64,000 nucleotides of DNA, taken from NCBI GenBank assembly GCA_900764925.1, contig CAAFPW010000002.1, forward strand, positions 7,563 to 71,562. Reading direction: 5' to 3'. This document shows, piece by piece, positions 51,930 to 61,796 of the stretch. This stretch comes from Fusobacteriaceae bacterium. GTDB taxonomy: Bacteria; Fusobacteriota; Fusobacteriia; Fusobacteriales; Fusobacteriaceae. The position numbers were made by a program, and so were the translations under genes. Within the stretch, counting starts at the first letter, position 1. Every line of letters starts with the position of its first letter. A model generated the notes under the pieces. It had not been told where the DNA came from. It was given only the letters and a program-made list of their open reading frames with translations, and searched no databases.

Positions 51930-53402
51930 TTAATTTGTTGGATATTGTTGCATCTGCTGTAAAAGATATAAACTAGCTTTTACACTCCAAGGTGAATTTT
52001 TATAATTTTGTCTTATGTATGTAAGATAGTTTACAGCTTGCTCTCTATCTCCAAGTTTATCATATGTCATTCCTATATTATAATATATTTCTGCTTTTTT
52101 TTCATCATTTTTTTCTAAATTTAGAGATTTTTTAAAATTATTTACAGCTTCTGAATAGTTTTCTGTTCTAAAATAACTTTCTCCCATATAGAAATATATA
52201 TCTTTTTGTTCAATATAATCTTTATTAATACTCAAAGCTTTTTCAAAATATATTACAGCTTCTACATAATTTTCTTTCTCGAAGTTTTTCTTTCCCTCTT
52301 CAAAGAAAGTTAAATATTGTGTATAATTTTGAGCTTCTAAACTAACTGGGGTAGTTGTTTCTTCAGTTGCTTGATTCTCCTCTACTTGAGGAAGAGTAGG
52401 TAACACTCCACCTATTATCTCCCCTATACCTGAAGTCCCATCTGCTCCTCTATTCAAATAGCTACCTCCCTTTATAGGATTACCATTTTTTATATACCAG
52501 TTCCCTATAAAATTTCCTAGATTCACATCTGGATTAGAGTATGTACTATATAACTTTTCTAAAAATATTATCTCTTCTTGAGTTGGATTTTCCTTTGCTA
52601 ATATAAGTTTAGCAATCTCAGAGTTTAAGTTTTGTGCTGAACTATCAAACTCTAATAGTGCTGTACTCAATTCAAAATTTTTATCTTGAACAAGATTTAG
52701 AGAGTTGATTATACTCAATTTATCATATTCATCTAACTTAGTATATTTTTGTAAGAAGTCTATCTCCTCTTTTATGATCTTAGCATTTCCATCTTTTCCA
52801 GCTAAGTCTATAAGCATAAAAGATATCTCCTTGTCTCTAAAGTTATTAGGGAAAGCTATTCTATGTATAGCTACACTATCAGATAAAACTTTTAAATTTC
52901 CTGCCTTGTAACTTTGAGATATAACCTCATAGTTATTTTGTTCTGTAAACTCATATTTTAACTTATTTTGAATTGTTATTTTTCTACTGAATGAACCTGC
53001 TGAATAGATCATTACCTCATAGTTTCCTTGATATATTCCTCTAAAGAATAGTTTTCCATCTCTTATCTCCATCTCATAAGATGTTCCCAATGGATAAAAG
53101 AACATATTATAACTATCCTCTCCTATTCCCAATGGAATAGAAAGATAATCTCCAACATACACTTCAAAGTTATTTTGATATGATGAATTATACTCCCTCA
53201 CATAACCTCTTTTTAAACTATTAGATATATCTGCAAGTACTCCTGCTGGAGCTGAACTATTAAGAATTATCTCTTGAGTTTTTAACTCCCCTGAACTCCA
53301 AGCTTTCTCAACTGTACTCTCTGTCACTGTATTTTTTATATTCTCTAAACTGGTACAACTTCCCAAAATTAAAACTAAACATAGATAAATATATTTTTTC
53401 AT
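51930..53402 (-). CDS. TPR-containing lipoprotein
   Basis: Signal peptide with LILGSC lipobox; three C-terminal TPR repeats. Confidence 0.78.
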   Translation of the reverse strand: MKKYIYLCLVLILGSCTSLENIKNTVTESTVEKAWSSGELKTQEIILNSSAPAGVLADISNSLKRGYVREYNSSYQNNFEVYVGDYLSIPLGIGEDSYNMFFYPLGTSYEMEIRDGKLFFRGIYQGNYEVMIYSAGSFSRKITIQNKLKYEFTEQNNYEVISQSYKAGNLKVLSDSVAIHRIAFPNNFRDKEISFMLIDLAGKDGNAKIIKEEIDFLQKYTKLDEYDKLSIINSLNLVQDKNFELSTALLEFDSSAQNLNSEIAKLILAKENPTQEEIIFLEKLYSTYSNPDVNLGNFIGNWYIKNGNPIKGGSYLNRGADGTSGIGEIIGGVLPTLPQVEENQATEETTTPVSLEAQNYTQYLTFFEEGKKNFEKENYVEAVIYFEKALSINKDYIEQKDIYFYMGESYFRTENYSEAVNNFKKSLNLEKNDEKKAEIYYNIGMTYDKLGDREQAVNYLTYIRQNYKNSPWSVKASLYLLQQMQQYPTN

Positions 53403-53412
53403 ATCTCCTCCA

Positions 53413-53784
53413 CTAGTAGCCTTTTATACCTATTGTTATTCTATTTAACTCCTCATTTCCTTCGAAAATCTTATAAGAAAACTCCACAATTGAATTCTCC
53501 TCATCTATCTCTATTTTCTCTCCTTGAATCTTAAAGAGCTTTCTCATCTCTTTAGTGATATAGTTAAACTCTGTAACTCTATCTAAGTCCACATCTATTA
53601 TAGCAGATATCTCACCTTTTCTAGATATAACAACTCTTCTTGAAGTCACTACTACTTCACATTTACCTAATTTGCTCTGATATCTATATATGTGTTGATC
53701 ATTTTCTTTATGAAGAGTTCCCTCTACCTTTTCAAAACTCTTCTCTCCATAACTATCTGTATTTTTAATAATAAATCTTTTCAT
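53413..53784 (-). CDS. Small beta-rich hypothetical protein (DUF1934-like)
   Basis: Alternating beta-strand pattern, G.L...Y..Y...ISRKGE; operonic. Confidence 0.6.
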   Translation of the reverse strand: MKRFIIKNTDSYGEKSFEKVEGTLHKENDQHIYRYQSKLGKCEVVVTSRRVVISRKGEISAIIDVDLDRVTEFNYITKEMRKLFKIQGEKIEIDEENSIVEFSYKIFEGNEELNRITIGIKGY

Positions 53785-54125
53785 TAATAATAATCCTCTT
53801 CATCATCTTCATAGTAATCTTCATTGTCATATCTATCACCGTACTCTTCATCTTCTCTATCATAGTACTCATCATCTTCGTAATCTCCGATATCTTCTCC
53901 ATCTAGGTACTCATTTTGCCAGTACTCTATCACTTCCATAGCATCCACTTCTTCTAATATATAGATCTCCTCTTCATCTTCATCATATTCAAATACATGA
54001 AGTTCCCCATCATAATCCTCAGCTATGATATACTCCTTATCTCTCATACTGATATTCTCTACTACACTTAGCTCAAACTCTTCATCATCTATATTGTAAA
54101 AAAAAGTTTCTCCTTGTGAATACAT
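53784..54125 (-). CDS. Highly acidic small protein (DUF1292-like)
   Basis: DEEFEL...KEYII...; D/E/Y-rich tail. Confidence 0.65.
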   Translation of the reverse strand: MYSQGETFFYNIDDEEFELSVVENISMRDKEYIIAEDYDGELHVFEYDEDEEEIYILEEVDAMEVIEYWQNEYLDGEDIGDYEDDEYYDREDEEYGDRYDNEDYYEDDEEDYY

Positions 54126-54139
54126 ATAAATTCCTCCTT

Positions 54140-54607
54140 TTATTTGTGATATTTACCATTATTAATTATACTAAACCATCTATATATCTGCTCTGTAAGT
54201 ATAAGTCTCATAAGTTGATGTGGAAATGTCATCTTTGAAAAGCTAAGTCTCATCTGACTCGCCTCTCTAACTCTTTGAGATACACCATAAGAACCACCTA
54301 TTACAAAGTTTATAGTACTAACTCCATTTACAGTTATTCTCTCTATCTCACTAGCCATCTCTTCAGAAGAGTAGTTTTTCCCCTGAATATCTAATAGTAT
54401 ATTGAAGCCACCTAACTTCTCTAAAGTTTTTAATATATCATCTGATTCCTTCTCTATTGAAATATTTCTATTACTATCATTTCCATCCTCTTTAAGTTCT
54501 ATTATCTTCATTTTAGCAAAAGATTGCATTCTTTTCAAGAACTCATTTATACCATCTATTATATATTTCTCCTTTACCTTTCCTATACAAACAATATTGA
54601 TATTCAA
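54140..54607 (-). CDS. rlmH: 23S rRNA pseudouridine-1915 N3-methyltransferase
   Basis: IGGSYG, SKMTFPHQLMRLILTEQIYR, YHK; TTG start. Confidence 0.96.
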   Translation of the reverse strand: MNINIVCIGKVKEKYIIDGINEFLKRMQSFAKMKIIELKEDGNDSNRNISIEKESDDILKTLEKLGGFNILLDIQGKNYSSEEMASEIERITVNGVSTINFVIGGSYGVSQRVREASQMRLSFSKMTFPHQLMRLILTEQIYRWFSIINNGKYHK

Positions 54608-54618
54608 AATTTTTCTCC

Positions 54619-56517
54619 TTACTTCCTTTTAAATAGTTTCTCTAAATCATCTCTTGTAACTTTTACAATGATAGGTCTTCCATGTGGACATGTGTACTCT
54701 CCCACTTCATGGAGTTCTCTCACTATCTTCTCCATCTCCTCATGAGTTAAAATCTCATTGGCTTTGATAGCTCCTCTACAAGACATAGATATTAAAATAC
54801 TCTCTCTTATATCCATATTTCTATTCTCTTTTATATTTTTTAAAATATTTCTAAAAACATTCTCTATACTATCTCTCAAATCTATCACAGGAATAGCTCT
54901 AATAAGTATCTCATTTTCTGAAAATTTATCCAATTCAAATCCAGCCTTAGAAAAATTTTCTTCATTTTCAAATATTAGTTCCCTCTCTCTTGGATCTACC
55001 ATAACTCTTATAGGTACTAATAGTTGTTGCATACTCACATCACTACCATAGTACTGTTTTTTCAATTTCTCATAGAGTATTCTCTCATGTACAATGTGTT
55101 GATCATAGATTTCAAATATTCCATCTCTTTCAACTAAGATAAAAGTTCCAAAGACCTGTCCTATCACTCTGAATTTTATCTCTGGCTTTTTCTCCTCTAT
55201 TTTTTCTACTTCCTCTATCTTCTCAAATTTTTCTTCTGATATAATATCTTGTTTATCAGCTACATCTTGTTTATCAGCTACAAACTCTATCTTCTCTTCT
55301 TGTACTACTCTTTCTCTCTCTTTTTCTTGAGCTTTTCTAGCCTCTTCTTCAAAATATTTTCTCTCTATCTCTTCAACCTTAGCTTGAACTTTTTTTCTCT
55401 TCTCCTCAATAGCTTCATAATCTATCTCTTTTTTATCCTCTAGCTCTACAAATTTTTGTGGTTCTGATTTTATTGGAGTAAATTTTTCAAATTCAGAAAA
55501 ATCTAAAAACTTCTCATCTTTTTCTAGTTTCTCTTCAAAGGTTGGAGATACAAACTCATCATCTCTTTCAAAACTCTTTTCAATCTCACCTAAAACGTAA
55601 TTATATATTTTTTCCTCATCATCAAATTTTACTATTTTTTTTGAAGGGTGTACATTTACATCTACATTTTTAGGATCTATCTCTAAAAATATTATAGCAA
55701 ATGGGTATTTTCCCTTCATAAGTTTTGTATAGTAAGCATCAATTACAGCATTTTCCACAATTTTAGACTTGACCATTCTTCCATTTACAAAGGTAAAGAT
55801 TGAATCCTTACTACTTCTATATAAAGCTCCATTTCCAAGATATCCTAGAGAGAATTTCTTAACATTCTTCAAAACATTCCTTCCAAATATCTCTACAATG
55901 GCATTATCTATCCCTTTTCCTGAGGTTTTTATACTCACCTTTCCATCTACTATCAAAACTATTGATACCTCGGGATTGGATAGTGCTTCTTGTATCACTA
56001 TCTCTTTTACATTTATATACTCAGTAGTAGGTTTTCTCAAAAATTTCAATCTAGCTGGAGTATTAAAAAACAACTCTCTTATCTCAATAGTGGTTCCTCT
56101 ATTTCTCTGTATATTTTTTAGACTTGTAACCTTTCCACCTAATACAGTTATCTGTGATCCTATCTCATCATCTTCACTCCTAGAAGAGAGAGTCAACTTT
56201 GAGACTGCACTTATAGATGAAAGAGCCTCCCCTCTAAATCCATAGGTATAGAGATTGTATAAATCCTCTTTCTCCCTTATCTTACTAGTGGCATGTCTTT
56301 CAATAGATAATAGTAGATCGTCTTGAGACATCCCCACTCCATCATCAGTTATCACAACATCTCTACCACCATTTTTTATATCTATCTTTATATTTTTACT
56401 CTTTGCATCTAATGAGTTTTCCAATAGCTCCTTTATCATACTCGCTGGATTTTCTACTACCTCTCCAGCAGCTATTATATTTGATACAGATTCATCTAAT
56501 ATTCTTATTTTTCCCAA
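54619..56517 (-). CDS. mutL: DNA mismatch repair endonuclease MutL
   Basis: IAAGEVVE, GFRGEAL, DVNVHPSK, endonuclease motifs DQHIVHERILYE, SCRGAIK, CPHGRP; TTG start. Confidence 0.97.
   Translation of the reverse strand: MGKIRILDESVSNIIAAGEVVENPASMIKELLENSLDAKSKNIKIDIKNGGRDVVITDDGVGMSQDDLLLSIERHATSKIREKEDLYNLYTYGFRGEALSSISAVSKLTLSSRSEDDEIGSQITVLGGKVTSLKNIQRNRGTTIEIRELFFNTPARLKFLRKPTTEYINVKEIVIQEALSNPEVSIVLIVDGKVSIKTSGKGIDNAIVEIFGRNVLKNVKKFSLGYLGNGALYRSSKDSIFTFVNGRMVKSKIVENAVIDAYYTKLMKGKYPFAIIFLEIDPKNVDVNVHPSKKIVKFDDEEKIYNYVLGEIEKSFERDDEFVSPTFEEKLEKDEKFLDFSEFEKFTPIKSEPQKFVELEDKKEIDYEAIEEKRKKVQAKVEEIERKYFEEEARKAQEKERERVVQEEKIEFVADKQDVADKQDIISEEKFEKIEEVEKIEEKKPEIKFRVIGQVFGTFILVERDGIFEIYDQHIVHERILYEKLKKQYYGSDVSMQQLLVPIRVMVDPRERELIFENEENFSKAGFELDKFSENEILIRAIPVIDLRDSIENVFRNILKNIKENRNMDIRESILISMSCRGAIKANEILTHEEMEKIVRELHEVGEYTCPHGRPIIVKVTRDDLEKLFKRK
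55246..55281. repeat. Perfect 18-bp tandem duplication in mutL linker
   Basis: ATCTTGTTTATCAGCTAC x2, encoding VADKQD x2. Confidence 0.9.
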
Positions 56518-56687
56518 ACAATCACCTCCTGTAAAATAACAACTGTTCCCCTTAATTATCTAATAATTTACAAATAATTTCAAGATATTTTTAAAAAAAA
56601 CACCTACTCTCTTCTAAGTGTTTACTTTTATTTTTTTTAGTATATAATATAAGTATATAAAAAATATCTATTTATTTGAGGTGTCAC

Positions 56688-58532
56688 ATGAAAAAATTTT
56701 TTATTTTTCTACTTTTTGTTTCTCTATCCCTAGAGGGATTTTCTAAAAACAATGATGACTACACTCTCTTTCTAACAGGAAAAGAGGCTTACCATAAAAG
56801 AGATTTTACTCGTGCTAAGCAAAACTTTGAAACCCTTCTAAAAAGTTTTTCAAAATCAGATATATTTAGTAATAACTATCCATATTTTTACATTGGAATG
56901 AACTATTATAATTTAGGAGAGTATGAAAAAGCTGCTTACTTTTTAGAGAAAGCTGTTTACTCTTCACAATCATTTTTAAGTAATAATTCACAAGCTGAAG
57001 TTGCACACTTTTTTGCTGAAAGAGATTATGCTCTAGGAGATTCGCTTTTGAAGATTGGTGAAGTAGATAAAGGAAAGGTATATTTACAAAGGGTAGATTA
57101 TAATACCTTTTATCCCTTTGTTTCATATTATGAAAGGAAGGCTTTAGAGCTTTTAAGCAAATATTCTATTCAAGCTGAAAAAAAATTAAAGCTGAAGTTT
57201 GAATATGATTTTTCATTGATTGATGATTTCTATACCTCTGATCTTTTAAAAATAGGAAATTTTTATCATTCTAAAAAGGAGTATGTAAAAGAGGCTGAAC
57301 TCTATGATAAACTTTTACAAAGAAAAAATATCTTTATAGAGGAAAAGCAAGATATTATGATAGCATATTTTGAACTACTTTTAAAAACTAATAATATTGA
57401 AAAGATTCTTGAGTTTACATCAGAATCTCCTTCAGAACTAAAAGAGATGTATAGCTATTATAGAGGTCTAGCCTTCTATCAAGCTAATGATTTCTCAAGA
57501 GCTCTCTATCTTTTTTCAACTATCAAAGGGAGTGAGTATTTTTCAAAGGCTAACTACTATATATCAAGTATCTATTTTGCCTTAGGAGATTATGAAACTA
57601 CCCTTGAAACATTAAAAAATGTCAAGGATAAAAATGTAATTACTGACTTTATGGCTGCCTTTTCCTATTACTCTCTTGGGGATATCAAAAATCTTCAAAG
57701 AGCTGCTAAGGCTATCAGTGAAAAATATCCCAATAGTTATATAGGTCTGTATTTTAAAACTTTGGATATCAACTCTCCAAAAGTTTCGCTGAACTCTCTA
57801 TCCAATCTTCTAAATTTTTCAATGAAAATATTGGAAAATTTTGAACCTATACCTGATAATTTTTTACAAACTGGTGATGTTATAGAGATTGAACAGATAT
57901 CTAAAATTTCTAAGCTAAAAGATAGGGATCTTTTAAGAATAGCTCTTGAAAAGAGTATATTTTGGCAAAAAGCTACTCCACAAGCAGCACTAGCTATCAC
58001 TACTATTTTAGAAAATGGTGAGTTTTACAATCTAGCCTTTGAAAATTCTCAAAACAACCTTGGAGAGTTTTCTAAGTATAGGGGGCTTTTTAAGTATGAT
58101 TTTCCTCTATACTATCAAGATAGTGTCAATAGATTTGCTAAACAATATGATGTTCCTCAAGAGATCATCTACACCATTATGCATGATATCACTAAATTTA
58201 ATCAATTTTATATATCAGATGACTCAAAATTTGGAATTATGAATATTCCATATAATGAAAATAGTCCCTACTCTTTCTTTGAACTTTTTGATGTAGATAG
58301 AAATATAGAGGAGGGAGCAAAAATTCTTCATGAGTATCTTACAAAATATGAAGGGAATGGTTTTAAAGTTCTTATCGCTTACACCTATGGAGAAAGTTAT
58401 CTGAGTAAAATCTTTTTTGATTATACTAATGATATCAACCTAGCATCTATAATAGAGCCTGAAGAGAGATTTTTTCTTCAAAATCTCTTTATGACATATA
58501 TATTTTATTCAAAATTATACCAATTTAGATAA
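56688..58532 (+). CDS. Exported TPR protein with C-terminal SLT (lytic transglycosylase)-like domain, catalytic motif degenerate
   Basis: Signal peptide MKKFFIFLLFV; TPR repeats; FPLYY...IMHDITKFN...GIMN...NIEEGAK.L...AYTYG. ATG 56688. Confidence 0.72.
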   Translation: MKKFFIFLLFVSLSLEGFSKNNDDYTLFLTGKEAYHKRDFTRAKQNFETLLKSFSKSDIFSNNYPYFYIGMNYYNLGEYEKAAYFLEKAVYSSQSFLSNNSQAEVAHFFAERDYALGDSLLKIGEVDKGKVYLQRVDYNTFYPFVSYYERKALELLSKYSIQAEKKLKLKFEYDFSLIDDFYTSDLLKIGNFYHSKKEYVKEAELYDKLLQRKNIFIEEKQDIMIAYFELLLKTNNIEKILEFTSESPSELKEMYSYYRGLAFYQANDFSRALYLFSTIKGSEYFSKANYYISSIYFALGDYETTLETLKNVKDKNVITDFMAAFSYYSLGDIKNLQRAAKAISEKYPNSYIGLYFKTLDINSPKVSLNSLSNLLNFSMKILENFEPIPDNFLQTGDVIEIEQISKISKLKDRDLLRIALEKSIFWQKATPQAALAITTILENGEFYNLAFENSQNNLGEFSKYRGLFKYDFPLYYQDSVNRFAKQYDVPQEIIYTIMHDITKFNQFYISDDSKFGIMNIPYNENSPYSFFELFDVDRNIEEGAKILHEYLTKYEGNGFKVLIAYTYGESYLSKIFFDYTNDINLASIIEPEERFFLQNLFMTYIFYSKLYQFR

Positions 58533-58543
58533 AGGAGTTACTG

Positions 58544-61105
58544 ATGAGAAATACTAGATGGATATATAGAGAGGATAAACATCCTTTTAACTCTAAACTT
58601 AATATAGATAGAGATATTTTAAATCTTCTATATAATAGAGATATTACAAAGGATGAAGAGATTTATAAGTTTATAAATACCTCTCTGGATAATATTCGTT
58701 CTCCATATCTTCTAAAGGATGTGGATATAGCAGTTAAAAGAATATTGGAAGCTAAAGAAAAAAACGAGGAGATTTGGATATATGGAGATTATGATGTGGA
58801 TGGTATAACCTCTACTTCTCTATGTTACCTTGCTCTTTCAGAGTTAGGTATCATCCCTAAATACTACATACCTCTACGGGATGAGGGATATGGGCTTAAT
58901 AAAGAAGCTATGAAACATATAGCTTCCCAAGGGGGAAAGGTGATCATAACTGTTGATTGTGGTATCTCCTCTCATGCTGAGATAGAGTTTGCTAACTCAT
59001 TAGGAATAGATATGATAATCACCGATCACCATGAGATTAATCATGGTAATCCTCCAGCCCATGCTGTTATCAATCCTAAAAGAGAGGATAACAGTTTCCC
59101 ATATAGATATCTAGCTGGGGTGGGTACAGCTTTTATGCTGATGTATGCCCTCTATGATACTCTTGGAAAGAGAGAGGATATCTTTAAATACTTAGATATT
59201 GTGGCTATTGGAACAGTAGCTGATATAGTTCCACTCTTGGAAGAGAATAGAATTTTTACAAAATTTGGTATAGATCAACTTAGAAAAAGTCATTGGTTGG
59301 GTATAAGTATGCTGATCAAAAAAATATTTGAAGATTACCAAACTAAAAAATTCTCTACCTATGATATTGGATTTATAATAGCTCCAATATTCAATGCTGC
59401 TGGAAGATTAGAAGATGCCAAAAGAGCTGTTGAACTCTTTATAGAAAAAGATCACAGGGTATGTAGTGAGATAATAAACGAACTACTTAAAAATAATAGT
59501 GAGAGAAAAGAGATTCAAGAGCAAATCCTAGAGAGAGCTATATTTGAAATTGAAACAAATAAATTATTTGAAAATAGTGTACTTGTAGTTGCCAAAGAGG
59601 GATTTCATCATGGAGTAATTGGAATAGTAGCTTCAAAAATCCTAGATAGATACTATAAGCCAACTATCATTATGGAGATCAAACCAGATGAGGGAATAGC
59701 CACTGCATCATGTAGAAGTATTGAAGGGTTTAATATGATAGAAGCTCTTAACTCTATGAAGGAACTCTTTGTAAAATATGGTGGACATGCTGGAGCAGCT
59801 GGATTTTCCATCAAGATAGAAAATATTGAGGAGTTTTCTCAAAGAATCAATGAGTATGCTAAAAATACAATTCCTGAAAGCTCCCTTATAAAACCTGTTA
59901 AGCTGGATATATCTCTTCCAGCCTATAAAATCTCATATGACTTTATAGAGAAGATATCTACCCTTGAACCCTTTGGATTTGGAAATCCATCTCCACTATT
60001 TGTCTTAAAAAATTGTGAGATATCAGGGGTAAGAGCTATTGGAAAAGAAAAAAATCACATTATGATGAATGTGAGAAAAGAGAATATGGAGATAAAAAAC
60101 TGTGTATGGTTCAATAGTGAGGATATATTCAACGAGTTGGTTACCCTTTCCCATGTGGATATAGCTTTTAAACTGAAATTAGAAACCTACAAAGATAGAT
60201 ATCAGTATAAGATGTATATTGAGGATATTCAACTTCCTAAAGCTGAGGAGAACATCAACAAAAAATATCTATCTCTCTACACAACTACATTCCCATTGGA
60301 AACTGTAATATATACTAGAAAGAAGCTGGATACTACTGAACTGAAATTGATGTATCAAGAAGATGAAGTAGATGTTACATACAATAGAAACTATCTCTCT
60401 ACACTTGATCCACAAACTTCATATCTATTACTTCAATTAAAAAAATACTACAACTATGATTTCAAAGTTACTATAAAGGATATAATACTAAAGGATGAAA
60501 ACTACAATGTCCACCTCATCATTGATAAAGAGTATAATTTTACCTCTTACTCTATCAAGCAAGGGGAACTATTTAAGGATATTAAAAACTTCCTTTTGGG
60601 AGATTTTAACTATAACTCTATGCAGAAGAATTGTCTAGCTTCCATATTTAAAGAGAAGAAAAATACACTTCTAATAGCTGAGATGGGAAGGGGTATCAAT
60701 ACAATCATTCAAACAATAGGACTATACTATAAAAGCTTAGATGGAAAAGTTTTGTATATAACAGATAATATCCCACCTAAAAAGACTATGAATATTGTAG
60801 AGATCAGTGAAAATTTTCAAGAGGGGTATGACTTCTATATAGTTGATAAAAAATTTGATCACTCTTTGATAGAAAATAAAAAATCTCTAGTTATATCACA
60901 AGAAAATATTGATATCAATAATTTTAACAAGATTATAGATTCTTATTCTATACCTAATAATATTGTATTTATTGAGGAAGATATCCTAGAGAAAAAAAAT
61001 ATATTTGCCAATTTTCTTCCTATTGAGGAGAGAAAGAGAATATTAAAAACATTAAATTCATCTACAACTATACTCTCTGGTAAAGAAATTTTAAGTTACT
61101 TATAA
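58544..61105 (+). CDS. recJ: ssDNA exonuclease RecJ with long C-terminal extension
   Basis: YGDYDVDG, TVDCG, TDHH, GTVADIVPL, GGHAGAAG. Confidence 0.95.
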   Translation: MRNTRWIYREDKHPFNSKLNIDRDILNLLYNRDITKDEEIYKFINTSLDNIRSPYLLKDVDIAVKRILEAKEKNEEIWIYGDYDVDGITSTSLCYLALSELGIIPKYYIPLRDEGYGLNKEAMKHIASQGGKVIITVDCGISSHAEIEFANSLGIDMIITDHHEINHGNPPAHAVINPKREDNSFPYRYLAGVGTAFMLMYALYDTLGKREDIFKYLDIVAIGTVADIVPLLEENRIFTKFGIDQLRKSHWLGISMLIKKIFEDYQTKKFSTYDIGFIIAPIFNAAGRLEDAKRAVELFIEKDHRVCSEIINELLKNNSERKEIQEQILERAIFEIETNKLFENSVLVVAKEGFHHGVIGIVASKILDRYYKPTIIMEIKPDEGIATASCRSIEGFNMIEALNSMKELFVKYGGHAGAAGFSIKIENIEEFSQRINEYAKNTIPESSLIKPVKLDISLPAYKISYDFIEKISTLEPFGFGNPSPLFVLKNCEISGVRAIGKEKNHIMMNVRKENMEIKNCVWFNSEDIFNELVTLSHVDIAFKLKLETYKDRYQYKMYIEDIQLPKAEENINKKYLSLYTTTFPLETVIYTRKKLDTTELKLMYQEDEVDVTYNRNYLSTLDPQTSYLLLQLKKYYNYDFKVTIKDIILKDENYNVHLIIDKEYNFTSYSIKQGELFKDIKNFLLGDFNYNSMQKNCLASIFKEKKNTLLIAEMGRGINTIIQTIGLYYKSLDGKVLYITDNIPPKKTMNIVEISENFQEGYDFYIVDKKFDHSLIENKKSLVISQENIDINNFNKIIDSYSIPNNIVFIEEDILEKKNIFANFLPIEERKRILKTLNSSTTILSGKEILSYL

Positions 61106-61124
61106 AAAATAGTTTAAATATAGT

Positions 61125-61170
61125 TTGACTTTTTCACTAAAAAGTGATATCATAATTGTAAGGATTACAA
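61125..61170 (+). promoter_or_regulatory. rbr promoter with PerR/Fur-like 7-1-7 operator
   Basis: TTGACT-N17-TATCAT (TG-extended), then TTGTAAG-G-ATTACAA at 61156-61170. Confidence 0.55.
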
Positions 61171-61204
61171 ATTTAAAAGAATGGGTAATTTAAGGAGGTA
61201 TATT

Positions 61205-61744
61205 ATGGAATTAAAAGGAAGTAGAACTGAAAAAAATCTTATGACTGCTTTTGGTGGTGAATCTGAAGCTAGAAATAAGTACACTTATTATGCATCTAAA
61301 GCTAAAAAAGATGGGTATGAGCAAATAGCTAAAATATTTGAAGAAACAGCTAACAATGAAAAAGAACATGCTAAATTATGGTTTAAACTTTTAAAAGGTG
61401 GAGAAGTTCCTTCAACAATAGATAACTTACTTGATGCTGCTGAAGGTGAAAATTATGAGTGGACAGATATGTACGCTAAATTTGCTGAAGTTGCTAGAGA
61501 AGAGGGATTTGTTGAAATAGCTAGAGCCTTTGAAGGTGTAGCAAAAATCGAGAAAAGACATGAAGAGAGATATAGAAAACTATTAGATAATATTAAAAAA
61601 GAGATGGTTTTCGAAAGAGATGAAGAGGTAGCTTGGGAGTGTATGAACTGTGGACATGTTCACTATGGTAAGAAAGCTCCAAAAGAGTGCCCAGTATGTA
61701 AGCACCCTGGTGGATACTTTATGATAGAACCTAAGAACTACTAA
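61205..61744 (+). CDS. rbr: Rubrerythrin
   Basis: [17 protein letters not shown], rubredoxin-like CMNC...CPVC. ATG 61205 after AGGAGG. Confidence 0.95.
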   Translation: MELKGSRTEKNLMTAFGGESEARNKYTYYASKAKKDGYEQIAKIFEETANNEKEHAKLWFKLLKGGEVPSTIDNLLDAAEGENYEWTDMYAKFAEVAREEGFVEIARAFEGVAKIEKRHEERYRKLLDNIKKEMVFERDEEVAWECMNCGHVHYGKKAPKECPVCKHPGGYFMIEPKNY

Positions 61745-61747
61745 TAT

Positions 61748-61791
61748 AAAAAGGAGAAAGCTTTACTTTCAATAGTAAGGTTTTCTCCTTT
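61748..61791. terminator. Bidirectional terminator
   Basis: AAAGGAGAAAGCTTTACT...AGTAAGGTTTTCTCCTTT. Confidence 0.72.
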
Positions 61792-61796
61792 CATTT

